This document shows, in pieces, positions 43,780 to 43,788 of a stretch of 43,788 bases of DNA. Position 1 is the first letter of the stretch. Every line of letters begins with the position of its first letter. A model generated the notes under the pieces. It was not told the DNA's origin. It worked only from the letters and a program-made list of their open reading frames with translations, and did no database searches. Origin of the DNA: a virus (Duplodnaviria > Caudoviricetes). The stretch is taken from positions 1-43,788 of IMG/VR virus record IMGVR_UViG_3300011339_000704. One strand, given 5' to 3'. A program made the translations under genes and the position numbers.

Positions 43780-43788
43780 ATACAGGGG

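Noticed and set aside
43662-43788. tmRNA (GGGGC.TGA start) or hammerhead ribozyme
   Set aside because: The 5' end closes a stem within ~115 nt, with no T-arm/CCA or tag ORF, and the CUGANGA/GAAA core is missing.
1-43788. Stop-codon reassignment or a complete circular genome
   Set aside because: Genes are intact in the standard code with all three stops used. The ends do not overlap, and expected early genes (recombinase, SSB) are not seen, so the window is partial.

Overview
A 43.8-kb segment of a tailed (siphovirus-like) dsDNA phage, cut mid-gene at the left edge and probably mid-RNA at the right. Every credible gene is on the + strand. A Bacteroidota host is indicated by repeated TTG-N15-20-TAnnTTTG promoters, A/C-rich Shine-Dalgarno-less leaders and Q-rule signal peptides. 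The early/replication region holds an HNH protein, an SNF2 helicase-DNA methyltransferase fusion, a J-domain protein, an initiator with iterons and an intein-containing DnaB. Small accessory genes follow, then a ParB-like + Mom-like DNA-modification cassette, TerS/TerL, a -1 frameshift gene, and a cluster of 5 glycosyltransferases and 2 methyltransferases. The rest comprises tail genes, tape measure, Clp protease/scaffold, capsid, tail tube, portal, fibres, lysis genes and a metallophosphoesterase. The most notable observation is a non-canonical tRNA-Gly cloverleaf inside the 3' end of the Mom-like gene. It keeps the GlyRS identity elements but has lost ribosome/EF-Tu features, so it may be a dedicated glycyl donor for DNA hypermodification. 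Other unexplained RNA-level signals: a kissing-loop leader before the replication genes, a late-transcript 3' end antisense to the phage's own translation-initiation motif, and a multi-stem RNA after a boxA. All calls come from reading motifs by eye; no database searches were run.
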